A stretch of DNA of 18,434 nucleotides from a bacterium (GCA_020846695.1 JADLDM010000116.1:1-18434), one strand, 5' to 3'; shown: positions 1 to 8,600, counted from the first letter of the stretch. The notes: a model not told the origin generated them from the sequence alone. Numbers and translations are program-made.

Positions 1-213
1 GACTTCCGTCCCGACAGCGACGTGGACGTGATGGTGAAATTTGAGAACCCCGTGATGTGGTCTCTCAAGAACTTGGATAAGATGGAAGAAGAGTTGACCG
101 CGATTATTGGAAGACGCGTTGATCTCTCTACCAAGCTCAGTGTCGAATACATGCCCAATTACATTCGCCGCAAATCCATTCTAAACGGTTCCCGCGTCTT
201 CTATGCGGCGTGA
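1..213 (+). CDS. MNT-type nucleotidyltransferase antitoxin. It is 5'-truncated by the window edge.
   Basis: Frame 1 reads through from position 1: DFRPDSDVDVMVKF...RKSILNGSRVFYAA. The DxD nucleotidyltransferase signature (SDVDVMV) is present. It is about 55% identical to the complete paralog at 567..902. The downstream HEPN gene overlaps its end by 11 nt. Confidence 0.8.
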   Translation, partial: DFRPDSDVDVMVKFENPVMWSLKNLDKMEEELTAIIGRRVDLSTKLSVEYMPNYIRRKSILNGSRVFYAA

Positions 214-544
214 CGAAGCATACCTGCTTGACATCAAGATTCCCGCGAGCGAAGCGCTCGAATTCGTCGGCGACATGACCTTTCATGAATTCCTGAATGA
301 CAGAATGGCGCTCCGCGCCGTGCTCAACTGTCTTCACGAAGTCGGTGAAGCGAGCAAGAAACTGTCCGACAAGTTCAAAGCGCAGCATCCGCTGGTACCG
401 TGGTCGGATCTCGTAGTGCATCGCAACGAACTTGCGCACGAGTATTTCCGCGCGGACTACGGCGAATCCTGGCACATCATCAAGAATATCTTGCCGGGCC
501 TCGTCGAATACATTGAGCCGCTGATTCCGCCTGACAAGCAATAG
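203..544 (+). CDS. hepT: HepT-like HEPN toxin (DUF86 family RNase)
   Basis: The 113-aa ORF carries the HEPN R-x4-H-x-Y motif (HRNELAHEY). Its size and position immediately after an MNT gene, with an 11-nt overlap, are typical of MNT-HepT modules. Confidence 0.8.
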   Translation: MRRDEAYLLDIKIPASEALEFVGDMTFHEFLNDRMALRAVLNCLHEVGEASKKLSDKFKAQHPLVPWSDLVVHRNELAHEYFRADYGESWHIIKNILPGLVEYIEPLIPPDKQ

Positions 545-566
545 GGTAGACCCTTTCTACAGCAAC

Positions 567-902
567 ATGACTTCAACATCACACGACATCGGCGAGCCGC
601 GCATTCCACTGGACATGGAGAAGATCAAGGAATTTTGCGACAAGTGGAAGATTGTCGAATTTTCTCTCTTCGGTTCCGTCCTGACCGATGAGTTCCGTTC
701 TGACAGTGACGTGGACGTGATGGTGAAATTTGCGCCCGAATCCCATTGGAGCCTCTTCGACATGGTGGATTTGGAGGACGAACTGAAAATAATCATCGGT
801 CGCGATGTAGATGTGGTCACACGGCCTTCCGTCGAACGAAGCGAAAATTACATCATGCGAAAGAGCATACTCGGTTCAAGCAGGACATTCTATGCAGCGT
901 GA
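567..902 (+). CDS. mnt: MNT-type nucleotidyltransferase antitoxin (second copy, complete)
   Basis: The 111-aa ORF contains GS...DSDVDVMVKF (Pol-beta-like NTase GS/DxD motifs). Its C-terminal RKSILGSSRTFYAA is shared with the first copy. Confidence 0.85.
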   Translation: MTSTSHDIGEPRIPLDMEKIKEFCDKWKIVEFSLFGSVLTDEFRSDSDVDVMVKFAPESHWSLFDMVDLEDELKIIIGRDVDVVTRPSVERSENYIMRKSILGSSRTFYAA

Positions 903-1233
903 CATGGGATTTCTGCTCTCGATGCTGATCTCTGCGCGAAGAGTGCAGGAGTCAGTAACAGGATTTTCATACGATCAGTTCATTTCGGATCGAGAGAAGT
1001 ACGATTCGGTGATCCTTCAAATTGGGAATATTGGCGAATCAGCAAATCGCGTGTCCAAACACTTTCGTGAGTCATACCCGCAGATTCAGTGGGCCGCTAT
1101 TATCAACATGCGCCATAGAATGGTTCACGGCTATGACCTGATCAAACTTGAGCAGGTATGGACTGCGGCAACAGTCTCCATACCTGAACTAATAAGTCAA
1201 CTGAGTAAGCTCGTCCCATCGGACAAGCTGTAG
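892..1233 (+). CDS. hepT: HepT-like HEPN toxin (second copy). The start is chosen at the ATG at 892, by analogy with pair 1.
   Basis: The six-frame ORF runs 811..1233. The internal ATG at 892 gives the same 11-nt overlap with the MNT stop as in pair 1 (atgcRgcgtgac in both). The R-x4-H-x-Y motif is present (RHRMVHGY). It is only about 30% identical to HepT copy 1. Confidence 0.7.
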   Translation: MQRDMGFLLSMLISARRVQESVTGFSYDQFISDREKYDSVILQIGNIGESANRVSKHFRESYPQIQWAAIINMRHRMVHGYDLIKLEQVWTAATVSIPELISQLSKLVPSDKL

Positions 1234-1270
1234 CGCCCAACTTGCTGGGCAAACCACTTGTGAATTCCTA

Positions 1271-1891
1271 ATGTCAAAATCGATCGAACAGAAGAAGGCC
1301 GATAGGTTTCTTTGTCTCAGAGCTGCCTATGAAGCAACAGAAGGACGCTCACCGCGCTTCTTCAACATATGGGAGATAGGGGCTTCGTTAGGTTTACCAC
1401 GTGAGGAGACTCGAGATGTTTTCGAGTATTTGAAAGGCGAGTACCTAGTTGAGCCCAAGTTTGGCGGTGGCGGTTTTATGATTACACATGCTGGTGTTGT
1501 CGAAATAGAGGAAGCACTCACGCATCCGAATGAGAAGACAGAGCACTTTCCGCCCTTCTCGCTCATTGTCAACACAGGCACTATAATCAATCAAAGCGTT
1601 CGGGGCGACAACAACGTAGTATCGGCTACATCAGAAATATCTGCTGCAACAAAGGACGAGCTACCCAAATTGCTGACGGAAATGCGGTCAGACATCGCGG
1701 TCATTGCTGAAGAAGTTGAGACTCAAACCCTATTGCTTAGACGTATAGATGAGACAATGTCGGAACTTGGCAAATCTTCCGTTGACAGTGGCAAAGTAGA
1801 GAAGCTCCTTCAGGGCATCAAGCAACTCCTTAAGTTCGCTGGCGGAGCAGTTGCTGAAGGTTGGTTGCAGAAGCTTGTTGGTCTCAATTAG
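1271..1891 (+). CDS. Hypothetical protein with an N-terminal winged-helix-like domain and a C-terminal coiled-coil region
   Basis: The 206-aa ORF uses consistent high-GC3 codons. Its N-terminal region (EIGASLGLPREETRDVFEYLKGEYLVE...GGGGFMITHAGVVEIEE) resembles MarR/PadR-type wHTH folds. The C-terminal half is rich in E/K/L heptad-like sequence. I do not recognise a specific family. Confidence 0.5.
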   Translation: MSKSIEQKKADRFLCLRAAYEATEGRSPRFFNIWEIGASLGLPREETRDVFEYLKGEYLVEPKFGGGGFMITHAGVVEIEEALTHPNEKTEHFPPFSLIVNTGTIINQSVRGDNNVVSATSEISAATKDELPKLLTEMRSDIAVIAEEVETQTLLLRRIDETMSELGKSSVDSGKVEKLLQGIKQLLKFAGGAVAEGWLQKLVGLN

Positions 1892-1900
1892 CCCCCCCCC
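1892..1900. repeat. C9 homopolymer tract lying exactly between the stop of the upstream ORF (TAG at 1889-1891) and the tdk ATG at 1901
   Basis: The sequence is gccccccccc followed by atg. There is no Shine-Dalgarno sequence, so the tract would sit in the ribosome-binding region of tdk. Confidence 0.9.
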
Positions 1901-2512
1901 ATGCACCACTTTCCTCATAATACGGGTTGGATAGAAGTGATTTGCGGGCCGATGTTCTCGGGGAAGACCGAGGAATTGATCCGCAGATTGGTGCGCGCGC
2001 AAATTGCGAAATTGAAAGTCGAAATTTTCAAGCCGCGAATTGATGCGCGCTATGCCAAAGATGAAATCGTCAGCCACTCGCGCCTGACTATTCCTTCGCA
2101 GCTTGTGGATTCCGCATGGGAAATCTATGAGCATGCGCAGGACGCGCAGGTTATCGGCGTGGATGAAGCGCAGTTTCTCGGACCCGAGATTGTGGACGTT
2201 GTGCAGAAGCTCGCGGATTCTGGCAAGCGCGTGATTTGCGCGGGACTCGATACGGACTATCGCGGCATCCCCTTCGATCCGATTCCGCAGCTTCTCGCCG
2301 TTGCGGAATATATTGATAAGACTTTGGCAATTTGCGTGCGCTGCGGGAATCCAGCAAAACACACGCAGCGCGTCGTCGCGTCGCGCGATCTTGTTTTAGT
2401 CGGCGCGTATGATGCGTACGAACCGCGCTGCCGCAATTGCTTCGTGCCTCCCGAACCCCTTCCCGACACTCCATCACAGGAACAGCTTCCACTCACTTCT
2501 TCGAAAGGCTGA
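1901..2512 (+). CDS. tdk: Thymidine kinase
   Basis: It has the P-loop [14 protein letters not shown], the VDEAQF motif and a C-terminal zinc-ribbon CxxC...CxxC (CVRCGNPA...CRNC). It has a short proline-rich C-terminal extension. Confidence 0.93.
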   Translation: MHHFPHNTGWIEVICGPMFSGKTEELIRRLVRAQIAKLKVEIFKPRIDARYAKDEIVSHSRLTIPSQLVDSAWEIYEHAQDAQVIGVDEAQFLGPEIVDVVQKLADSGKRVICAGLDTDYRGIPFDPIPQLLAVAEYIDKTLAICVRCGNPAKHTQRVVASRDLVLVGAYDAYEPRCRNCFVPPEPLPDTPSQEQLPLTSSKG

Positions 2513-2515
2513 GAC

Positions 2516-3766
2516 TTGGAAAGACTACAATCCTTACTTGCGATTCCAATCTTAATTGGAATTGCCTTCCTGCTTTCGTCCGACCGAAAAAACTTCCCGT
2601 GGCGCGCCGTGATTTGGGGCGTCGGTCTGCAAATCACCTTTGCAATTCTGATTCTCTGGACGCCGTGGGGCCGCGAACTCTTTTCCAAAGCAGGTGATCT
2701 CGTCACGCGCTTCTTAGGTTTCGCAACCGAAGGCTCGCAATTCCTCTTCGGCAATATCGTCAACCCGGAATATCAGAACACCTTCGGATTTCAATTCGCC
2801 TTCGCAATCCTGCCGACGATTATCTTCTTCGGTGCGTTCATGGGCGTGATGTATCACTTCGGAATTGTGCAACGAGTGGTGAAGGGTCTCGCATGGGTGA
2901 TGACGAAAACCATGCGCACGTCCGGTGCGGAGTCTCTCTCCTGCGCGGGAAATATTTTTCTCGGTCAGACCGAAGCGCCGCTCTTAGTGCGTCCCTTCTT
3001 GAAGACGATGACGCGCAGCGAATTGAACGCGGTGATGGTGGGAGGATTTGGAACCGTTGCCGGCGGCGTGATGGCGGGATATATTCTGCTTGGTGTCCCT
3101 GCGAAACATCTGCTCGCAGCTTCCGTCATGGCCGCGCCGGGAAGTTTGTTGTTTGCAAAAATATTTCTGCCGGAACGCGAGAAGGCTGACACGGCAGGCT
3201 CACTGCACATGCCGGAGATGCCGAAACAGGCCAACGTGATTGACGCCGCTGCCGCCGGAACGCGCGACGGTTTGGGTCTTGCCGTGAATGTCGGCGCAAT
3301 GCTCTTAACGTTCATCGCATTAATCGCGGTTGTCAATGCAGGGCTTGCGTTGATCGCGGGTTGGCTTGCAAACGGAGGAATTGCGTGGTTCCCCGAGAGT
3401 CTTCGAGAGATATTTTCCTACGTGCTATGGCCGATAGGATTCATTCTCGGCGTGCCGATTGCGGAGTGTAAGGAGTTTGCCTATCTCGTTGGAACAAAAA
3501 TCTCGATCAACGAGTTCGTCGCCTACGTCGAACTCTCCGACATGATCAAGAACAACTTGATTTCACCGCGCACCATCATGATCGCAAGCTACGCGCTTTG
3601 CGGCTTTGCGAATTTCTCTTCGATTGGAATTCAGATCGGCGGGATCGGCAGTCTTGCTCCCGAGCGGCGATCCGAACTTGCGCAGCTTGGCTTGAAGGCG
3701 ATGATTGCCGGAGCAATGGTCTCATTGCAAACTTCCGCCATCGCGGGACTGCTTGCCACAGAATAG
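2516..3766 (+). CDS. nupC: Concentrative nucleoside transporter, NupC/CNT family
   Basis: It is a 416-aa polytopic membrane protein. It aligns with E. coli NupC across the N-terminal (LLSSDRK...), central (NAVMVGGFGTVAGGVMAGY) and C-terminal (SYALCGFANFSSIGIQIGGIG) conserved blocks. It starts at a TTG codon 4 nt after the tdk stop, which suggests translational coupling. Confidence 0.88.
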   Translation: MERLQSLLAIPILIGIAFLLSSDRKNFPWRAVIWGVGLQITFAILILWTPWGRELFSKAGDLVTRFLGFATEGSQFLFGNIVNPEYQNTFGFQFAFAILPTIIFFGAFMGVMYHFGIVQRVVKGLAWVMTKTMRTSGAESLSCAGNIFLGQTEAPLLVRPFLKTMTRSELNAVMVGGFGTVAGGVMAGYILLGVPAKHLLAASVMAAPGSLLFAKIFLPEREKADTAGSLHMPEMPKQANVIDAAAAGTRDGLGLAVNVGAMLLTFIALIAVVNAGLALIAGWLANGGIAWFPESLREIFSYVLWPIGFILGVPIAECKEFAYLVGTKISINEFVAYVELSDMIKNNLISPRTIMIASYALCGFANFSSIGIQIGGIGSLAPERRSELAQLGLKAMIAGAMVSLQTSAIAGLLATE

Positions 3767-3768
3767 AA

Positions 3769-3790
3769 AAGCCCCGACGATTCAGGGCTT
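3769..3790. terminator. Intrinsic terminator hairpin between the convergent nupC and SulP genes. It mainly serves the minus-strand gene.
   Basis: The hairpin is aagccc-cgacgattca-gggctt. On the minus strand it is followed by TTTTCTATTC. On the plus strand only a weak U-tract follows. Confidence 0.6.
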
Positions 3791-3816
3791 CTCAATTCTA
3801 ACTTCTGACATTTGAT

Positions 3817-5493
3817 TTAGGAAGTCTTCCGCGCCTTCTCTGCAAGAATTTGATTTGCTCGCGCAAGCGCGTCGTCAAATGTCAACAAGACATTTTCACG
3901 ACCGAATTCATCAAGCAGCCCGGCTTTCTCCAAAGCATCCATGGGCTGCTTGTTGACTCCGGACAGAAGCATCACCGAATGCTTCTTCCTCGCCGCAGTG
4001 AAAACTTCCTGCAACGCGTGCATGCCCGAGCTGTCAATCACCGGCACCTTTCTCATGCGAATGATGCGCACCTTCGGTTGCTTTGAAACCACGTTCATCG
4101 CCTCGCGGAATTTATACACGGCTCCAAAGAAGAACGGCCCGTTGATCTCATAGACCTGCACACCGTTGGGAATCTGAGTTCTGTCGAGCACGTCGCCCTC
4201 TTCATCTTCCGAAGGCTCGCGAAACTCCGAAGTGATCTCTTCAACGTCGGTCGCGGCGGCCATGCGCTTCATGAACAGAAACGCGGCCATCACCATGCCC
4301 ACTTCAATCGCCACGGTGAGGTCCACGACGACGGTGAGAAACAGCGTGGTCAGCAAGATTGCCACGTCGCTCTTTGGGCTCTTCAACATGGCGGTGAACG
4401 AGCGCCACTCAAACATGTTGTAGGCGACAACCACGAGAATCGCGGAGAGCGCGGCAAGCGGAATCATCGCGGCAAAACGAGCAAACGCAAGCATCATCAC
4501 GAGCAACGTTAGCGCGTGGACGATTCCCGCAACCGGAGTTCTTCCGCCGCTTCGCGCATTGGTTGCCGTTCTGGCTATCGCACCGGTCACAGGCAATCCG
4601 CCAAAGATCGAACTGCCGATGTTGGCGACGCCTTGGCCGATCAATTCCATGTTTGAGCGATGTCGTCCTCCCACCATACCGTCTGCGACGACTGCCGACA
4701 GAAGCGACTCGATCGCAACCAGTAGCGCGATCGTAATCGAGGGCTGCACGAGTCTGCGAATCTGATCAAACGTCAAATCAGGAATCTGCGGAGTGGGGAG
4801 GAAGGAAGGAATTTCTCCAAATCGAGAGCCGATGGTTTCGACAGGCAATTTCAATAGCGCCGCTGCAACCGTAGCTCCGACCAGCACGACAAACGGCCCG
4901 GGAATCACGCGCGACACCTTCCGCCACGTGATCAAAACGAAGACCGATGCACCCGCGATAATCAAAGCGGAAGGATTTACGGTTCCGAGCGAAACGGTAA
5001 GCGCACCGATCTTCTCCATAAAATTCGCGCTCGCGGATTCCATTTTCAATCCGAGGAAATCCTGCACCTGCGAAACGAAGATAATGAGTGCGATACCGCT
5101 CGTGAATCCTGCGATCACCGGCTGCGGAATGAACTTGATGACCGATCCGAGTTTCAGCCTGCCGAATACGATCAAAAGAATACCCGCGAGAAACGTCGAG
5201 ACAATCAATCCGTCGAGTCCGTATTCAGCGATAATACCGAAGACAATGACGACGAACGCTCCCGCCGGACCTCCGATCTGAACGCGGCTTCCGCCGAGGA
5301 GCGAAACAAGAAATCCCCCCACAACTCCGGCAACCAATCCCTTTTCGGGCGACACACCCGACGCAATCGCGAAAGCAATGCAGAGAGGCAATGCGACGAT
5401 GCCGACAATGATGCCCGCGACGGCATCCCGCGCGAACAACTTGCGATTATAGGTCTTGAGTGCGGTGAATAGTTTGGGCTTGAGCATGAACAA
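3817..5493 (-). CDS. SulP-family anion transporter with a C-terminal STAS domain (DauA/BicA-like)
   Basis: The 558-aa protein is collinear with E. coli DauA (ARDAVAGIIVGIVALPLCIAFAIASGVSPEKGL...GGSR...GPAGAF). Its C-terminal roughly 130 aa form a STAS-like domain (INGPFFFGAV...). Confidence 0.88.
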   Translation of the reverse strand: MFMLKPKLFTALKTYNRKLFARDAVAGIIVGIVALPLCIAFAIASGVSPEKGLVAGVVGGFLVSLLGGSRVQIGGPAGAFVVIVFGIIAEYGLDGLIVSTFLAGILLIVFGRLKLGSVIKFIPQPVIAGFTSGIALIIFVSQVQDFLGLKMESASANFMEKIGALTVSLGTVNPSALIIAGASVFVLITWRKVSRVIPGPFVVLVGATVAAALLKLPVETIGSRFGEIPSFLPTPQIPDLTFDQIRRLVQPSITIALLVAIESLLSAVVADGMVGGRHRSNMELIGQGVANIGSSIFGGLPVTGAIARTATNARSGGRTPVAGIVHALTLLVMMLAFARFAAMIPLAALSAILVVVAYNMFEWRSFTAMLKSPKSDVAILLTTLFLTVVVDLTVAIEVGMVMAAFLFMKRMAAATDVEEITSEFREPSEDEEGDVLDRTQIPNGVQVYEINGPFFFGAVYKFREAMNVVSKQPKVRIIRMRKVPVIDSSGMHALQEVFTAARKKHSVMLLSGVNKQPMDALEKAGLLDEFGRENVLLTFDDALARANQILAEKARKTS

Positions 5494-6040
5494 ATATAGT
5501 CTGACTTCTCAAAATAATCAAGCGCTTCGCGCGCTTGCGCTGAGTTTTTTGTTGGCGCTGCTGCTGTCGTGTCGTCACAGCGCGACCACGACCATTCTCC
5601 CCTATCGGGAAACGCAAGTCGAGAAGTCGGACATCGAAGTCGAGGACGGCGATACCTTTAACTGGCGCAATCAGCCCGTGCGCATGTTGGGAATTGACTG
5701 TCCCGAAACAAAATCACCTCATCATTCCGGCGATCAGGAACCTTGGGGCGGACGTGCGCGTGAATACCTTGAAGCGCAAGTCGCCGCCGCGAAGTCGCTT
5801 TCGATTATCCGCACGGACAAACCTGATCGCTACGGCCGCTGGTTGGGCTATCTGCTGGCCGACGGCGAGAACGTCAACGCGAAAATCATCGGTCAAGGCC
5901 TGGCCTACGAAACAATTTCTAAGTACGGGAAGCAGAAGCTCGACAAATACGCCGAGGAAGTTCTGAAAGCGGCGCGCAACGCTCCCAAACCACAGTTTGA
6001 AAATCCCTCCGACTTCCGCAAACGCAACCGCAAAGAATGA
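5486..6040 (+). CDS. Secreted thermonuclease (staphylococcal nuclease/SNase family) lipoprotein
   Basis: The SNase core is present: VEDGDTF...VRMLGIDCPE. The N-terminus carries a signal peptide with an LLSC lipobox. The start is chosen at the ATG at 5486. The six-frame ORF begins at 5456. Confidence 0.8.
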   Translation: MNKYSLTSQNNQALRALALSFLLALLLSCRHSATTTILPYRETQVEKSDIEVEDGDTFNWRNQPVRMLGIDCPETKSPHHSGDQEPWGGRAREYLEAQVAAAKSLSIIRTDKPDRYGRWLGYLLADGENVNAKIIGQGLAYETISKYGKQKLDKYAEEVLKAARNAPKPQFENPSDFRKRNRKE

Positions 6041-6888
6041 ACATGACTCCGCAGCACGCTCGCATTCGAGTGAATGAGCAAGAAGTGAATATTGAAGCCA
6101 TCGCCAAACTGATTCCCGGCGAAGCGGACGTCGCGATTATCTTGGGAAGCGGACTGGGTCCCTTCGCGGATTCGCTCGAAAATGCGAAGAGTGTGAACAC
6201 GTCGAATTTGCCCGGCTATCCGGTTTCCACCGTGCAAGGTCACTCAGGCAAGATTGTGATGGGCGCCGTCGGCAAGACCCGCGTCATGGCCTTTCAGGGT
6301 CGCGTGCATCAATACGAAGGCTACTCGCCCGAGCAGGTTGTGGTTCCCGTTCGTCTTGCACATGCCAAAGGCGCAACAAAATTGATCGTAACAAATGCAT
6401 CGGGCGCGTTCACGAAGAGATTTCACGCAGGCGATCTGCTATTGATTGAAGATCACATCAATTTGCAATTCAGGAATCCTCTGCGTGGCCCCGTAGCAAG
6501 CGGTGAATCGCGCTGGCCGGACATGTGCAACTGCTACGATCCTGACTTGAAGACACTTGCGGAGAAAGTTGCGCTCGAATTGATAATCCCCTTGAAGCGC
6601 GGCGTGTTGGGCGCCGTGCTCGGACCCTCGTATGAGACTCCCGCAGAAGTTCGCATGTTGTCGCGTCTCGGAGCCGATGCGGGCTGCATGTCCACCGTTC
6701 CCGAAGTTATCACCGCCGCGGCTCTTGGCATGAAAGTCCTGGGCATCTCCTGCGTAACTAATTCCGGCTCGGGCATCTCCGATGTTAAGTTATCACACGA
6801 GGACGTGCAGGACGTTGCGAACTCCGCGGCCGAACATTTCTCAATGCTGATTCGCGGAATACTGACAAACATGAGCACTGAACAGTGA
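6037..6888 (+). CDS. punA: Purine nucleoside phosphorylase of the trimeric PNP-I/PunA type
   Basis: The 283-aa protein has the phosphate-binding motif ILGSGLG. The conserved blocks VTNASGA, GPSYETPAEVRML and MSTVPEV are present. Its start overlaps the thermonuclease stop (ATGA). Confidence 0.85.
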   Translation: MNMTPQHARIRVNEQEVNIEAIAKLIPGEADVAIILGSGLGPFADSLENAKSVNTSNLPGYPVSTVQGHSGKIVMGAVGKTRVMAFQGRVHQYEGYSPEQVVVPVRLAHAKGATKLIVTNASGAFTKRFHAGDLLLIEDHINLQFRNPLRGPVASGESRWPDMCNCYDPDLKTLAEKVALELIIPLKRGVLGAVLGPSYETPAEVRMLSRLGADAGCMSTVPEVITAAALGMKVLGISCVTNSGSGISDVKLSHEDVQDVANSAAEHFSMLIRGILTNMSTEQ

Positions 6889-8600
6889 GATTCTTAGCCA
6901 AAGTTGTATCTATCGTTGCCGGACTTCTTCTTGCTCAGTCTATGTTGGCGCAAACTTCGTTTGCGCCCGGCGATTGGACATCATGGCGCGATTTCCGCGG
7001 AGCGCGCTCGATGGACGCAGGTGGGCACGATCTATTCGTTGCAACCGCCGGCGGAATCTTGAGTTACGATTTGGATCGCCGGCGTTGGTTGGATCCGCAA
7101 GTCATGGGCTATGGCTCGGGTCAGGCCGTCCCGATAGATGATCCGCTCCTTGTCCTCTACGATGAAGAGACCGATTACCTTTGGGTCGCGACGTATGAAA
7201 ATCTGCTTCGCTATCAACGCGGTATGGAGAAGTGGGACATCGTGCGCGCGTTTCCGTGGCCTGCCGGACATCGTCCTGTGAATATCGGTGCCGGTGGACG
7301 CAGTCTGTTTGTTGAGACGATTCCTATTCAGGTTTTCGAGGAGATCTTTGCCCCCGGAAACCCGATTCCCGATCCGCTGTGGACGCAATACGTGACGCGT
7401 TACAGCGGCGACCGCTATCTGGGCAATTTGATGCTCGCGTCACCGACCGATCCCGTTCCGACAGATACGCGCTGGCGAGGATTGGTGACAAAGATTCCGC
7501 TGGATCATGCGCGTCCTCCTGCGGGTTTTCCGATTATCTTTCCTCCATTGCCCTTTGAGTGGATGCCCGAAGGCACGCTCTACGATCAGCGCAATCGCGC
7601 CTATCCGATTACCGATTGGCTCACCGATCGCTGGAGCTATTTCTGGACGACGCATTGGGGCGCAGGGGTTATGCGCACGGATTTGCGCAGCGGTCGCGGC
7701 GAGCTGCAAATGACAGGCCCTGCAGGAAACGACATTCGCGCGATGCTCTTGACGAAGGACTCGACGTGGATGGGCGGCGAGAACGACGGCGACTTCGAGG
7801 GAATCAGCGTTGCCGATCGCGACATGCTGGAGTGGAGCTATTTCAGTCGTCGTGATGATCAGCAGATTCGTTCCACTTCCGTGAATGACTTCGCCGAAAC
7901 CTCGACAAGAATTTTCGTCGCAACTTCGGACGGTTTGCTTGCGTATACGCCGAAGAGCAAGAGTTGGAAGCGCTACGACGTGCAGGACGGACTGCATTCA
8001 CAGCAGGTCAATGCGCTTGTCGTAACGCATGGCAAGCTCTGGATCGGAACAAGTGATGGACTTGCGGTGATGGATTTGCAGACCAACATCATCACGCGCA
8101 TTCCGCAGCAAGGTTTTCTGCTCTCCGGCATTCGCGATCTCGCCGCCGATGGAACACAAATCTGGGTCGGCACGCAAGGCGGGCTCGCTTCAGTTTCTGT
8201 CACTACACACGAAGTGTCCGTGCAGGCTCTCGATCCCGGTTTGATTAATCTTCCCGTTGTCTCTGTTTCGCTCTTTGGTTCAGAGTTGTGGCTTGCAACG
8301 GAGCAGGGCGTGATGCATCGCTCATCGAATGGCGATACCGAGAGTTGGCTTTCCGATGTCTGGCTCAAGGAATCCGAGCCACAGTGTATTCTCGCGTCCG
8401 ATCCCTATATTTGGGTCGGCACAGACAACGGACTCTGGCGGCACAATGTCGCAACAAACGAGTGGATTTCCTATTCACGCTCCGATGGTCTCGTGGATAA
8501 CCGCGTCTATTGCATCGAAGAAGACGGCGGCGATCTCTTGATCGGCACGGCTTCCGGCCTCACGCGCTTCTCTTGGAATCGCCCCGGCGCAGCACGATAA
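6885..8600 (+). CDS. Secreted beta-propeller protein carrying two-component-regulator-propeller (Reg_prop-like) repeats. It has no kinase or other output domain.
   Basis: It starts at a GTG that overlaps the PNP stop. A signal peptide is present (MRFLAKVVSIVAGLLLAQSMLAQ). The motif aromatic-hydrophobic-G-T-x-x-G-L recurs more than six times (LWIGTSDGLAV, IWVGTQGGLAS, LWLATEQGVMH, IWVGTDNGLWR, LLIGTASGLTR, IFVATSDGLLA). Confidence 0.7.
   Translation: MRFLAKVVSIVAGLLLAQSMLAQTSFAPGDWTSWRDFRGARSMDAGGHDLFVATAGGILSYDLDRRRWLDPQVMGYGSGQAVPIDDPLLVLYDEETDYLWVATYENLLRYQRGMEKWDIVRAFPWPAGHRPVNIGAGGRSLFVETIPIQVFEEIFAPGNPIPDPLWTQYVTRYSGDRYLGNLMLASPTDPVPTDTRWRGLVTKIPLDHARPPAGFPIIFPPLPFEWMPEGTLYDQRNRAYPITDWLTDRWSYFWTTHWGAGVMRTDLRSGRGELQMTGPAGNDIRAMLLTKDSTWMGGENDGDFEGISVADRDMLEWSYFSRRDDQQIRSTSVNDFAETSTRIFVATSDGLLAYTPKSKSWKRYDVQDGLHSQQVNALVVTHGKLWIGTSDGLAVMDLQTNIITRIPQQGFLLSGIRDLAADGTQIWVGTQGGLASVSVTTHEVSVQALDPGLINLPVVSVSLFGSELWLATEQGVMHRSSNGDTESWLSDVWLKESEPQCILASDPYIWVGTDNGLWRHNVATNEWISYSRSDGLVDNRVYCIEEDGGDLLIGTASGLTRFSWNRPGAAR

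Noticed and set aside
1730-2763. Long antisense ORFs (1730..2362 minus, 2257..2763 minus, 2151..2492 minus)
   Set aside because: They lie entirely antisense to the well-supported tdk and nupC genes. They are Arg/Ser-rich, as expected for antisense frames in GC-rich coding DNA.
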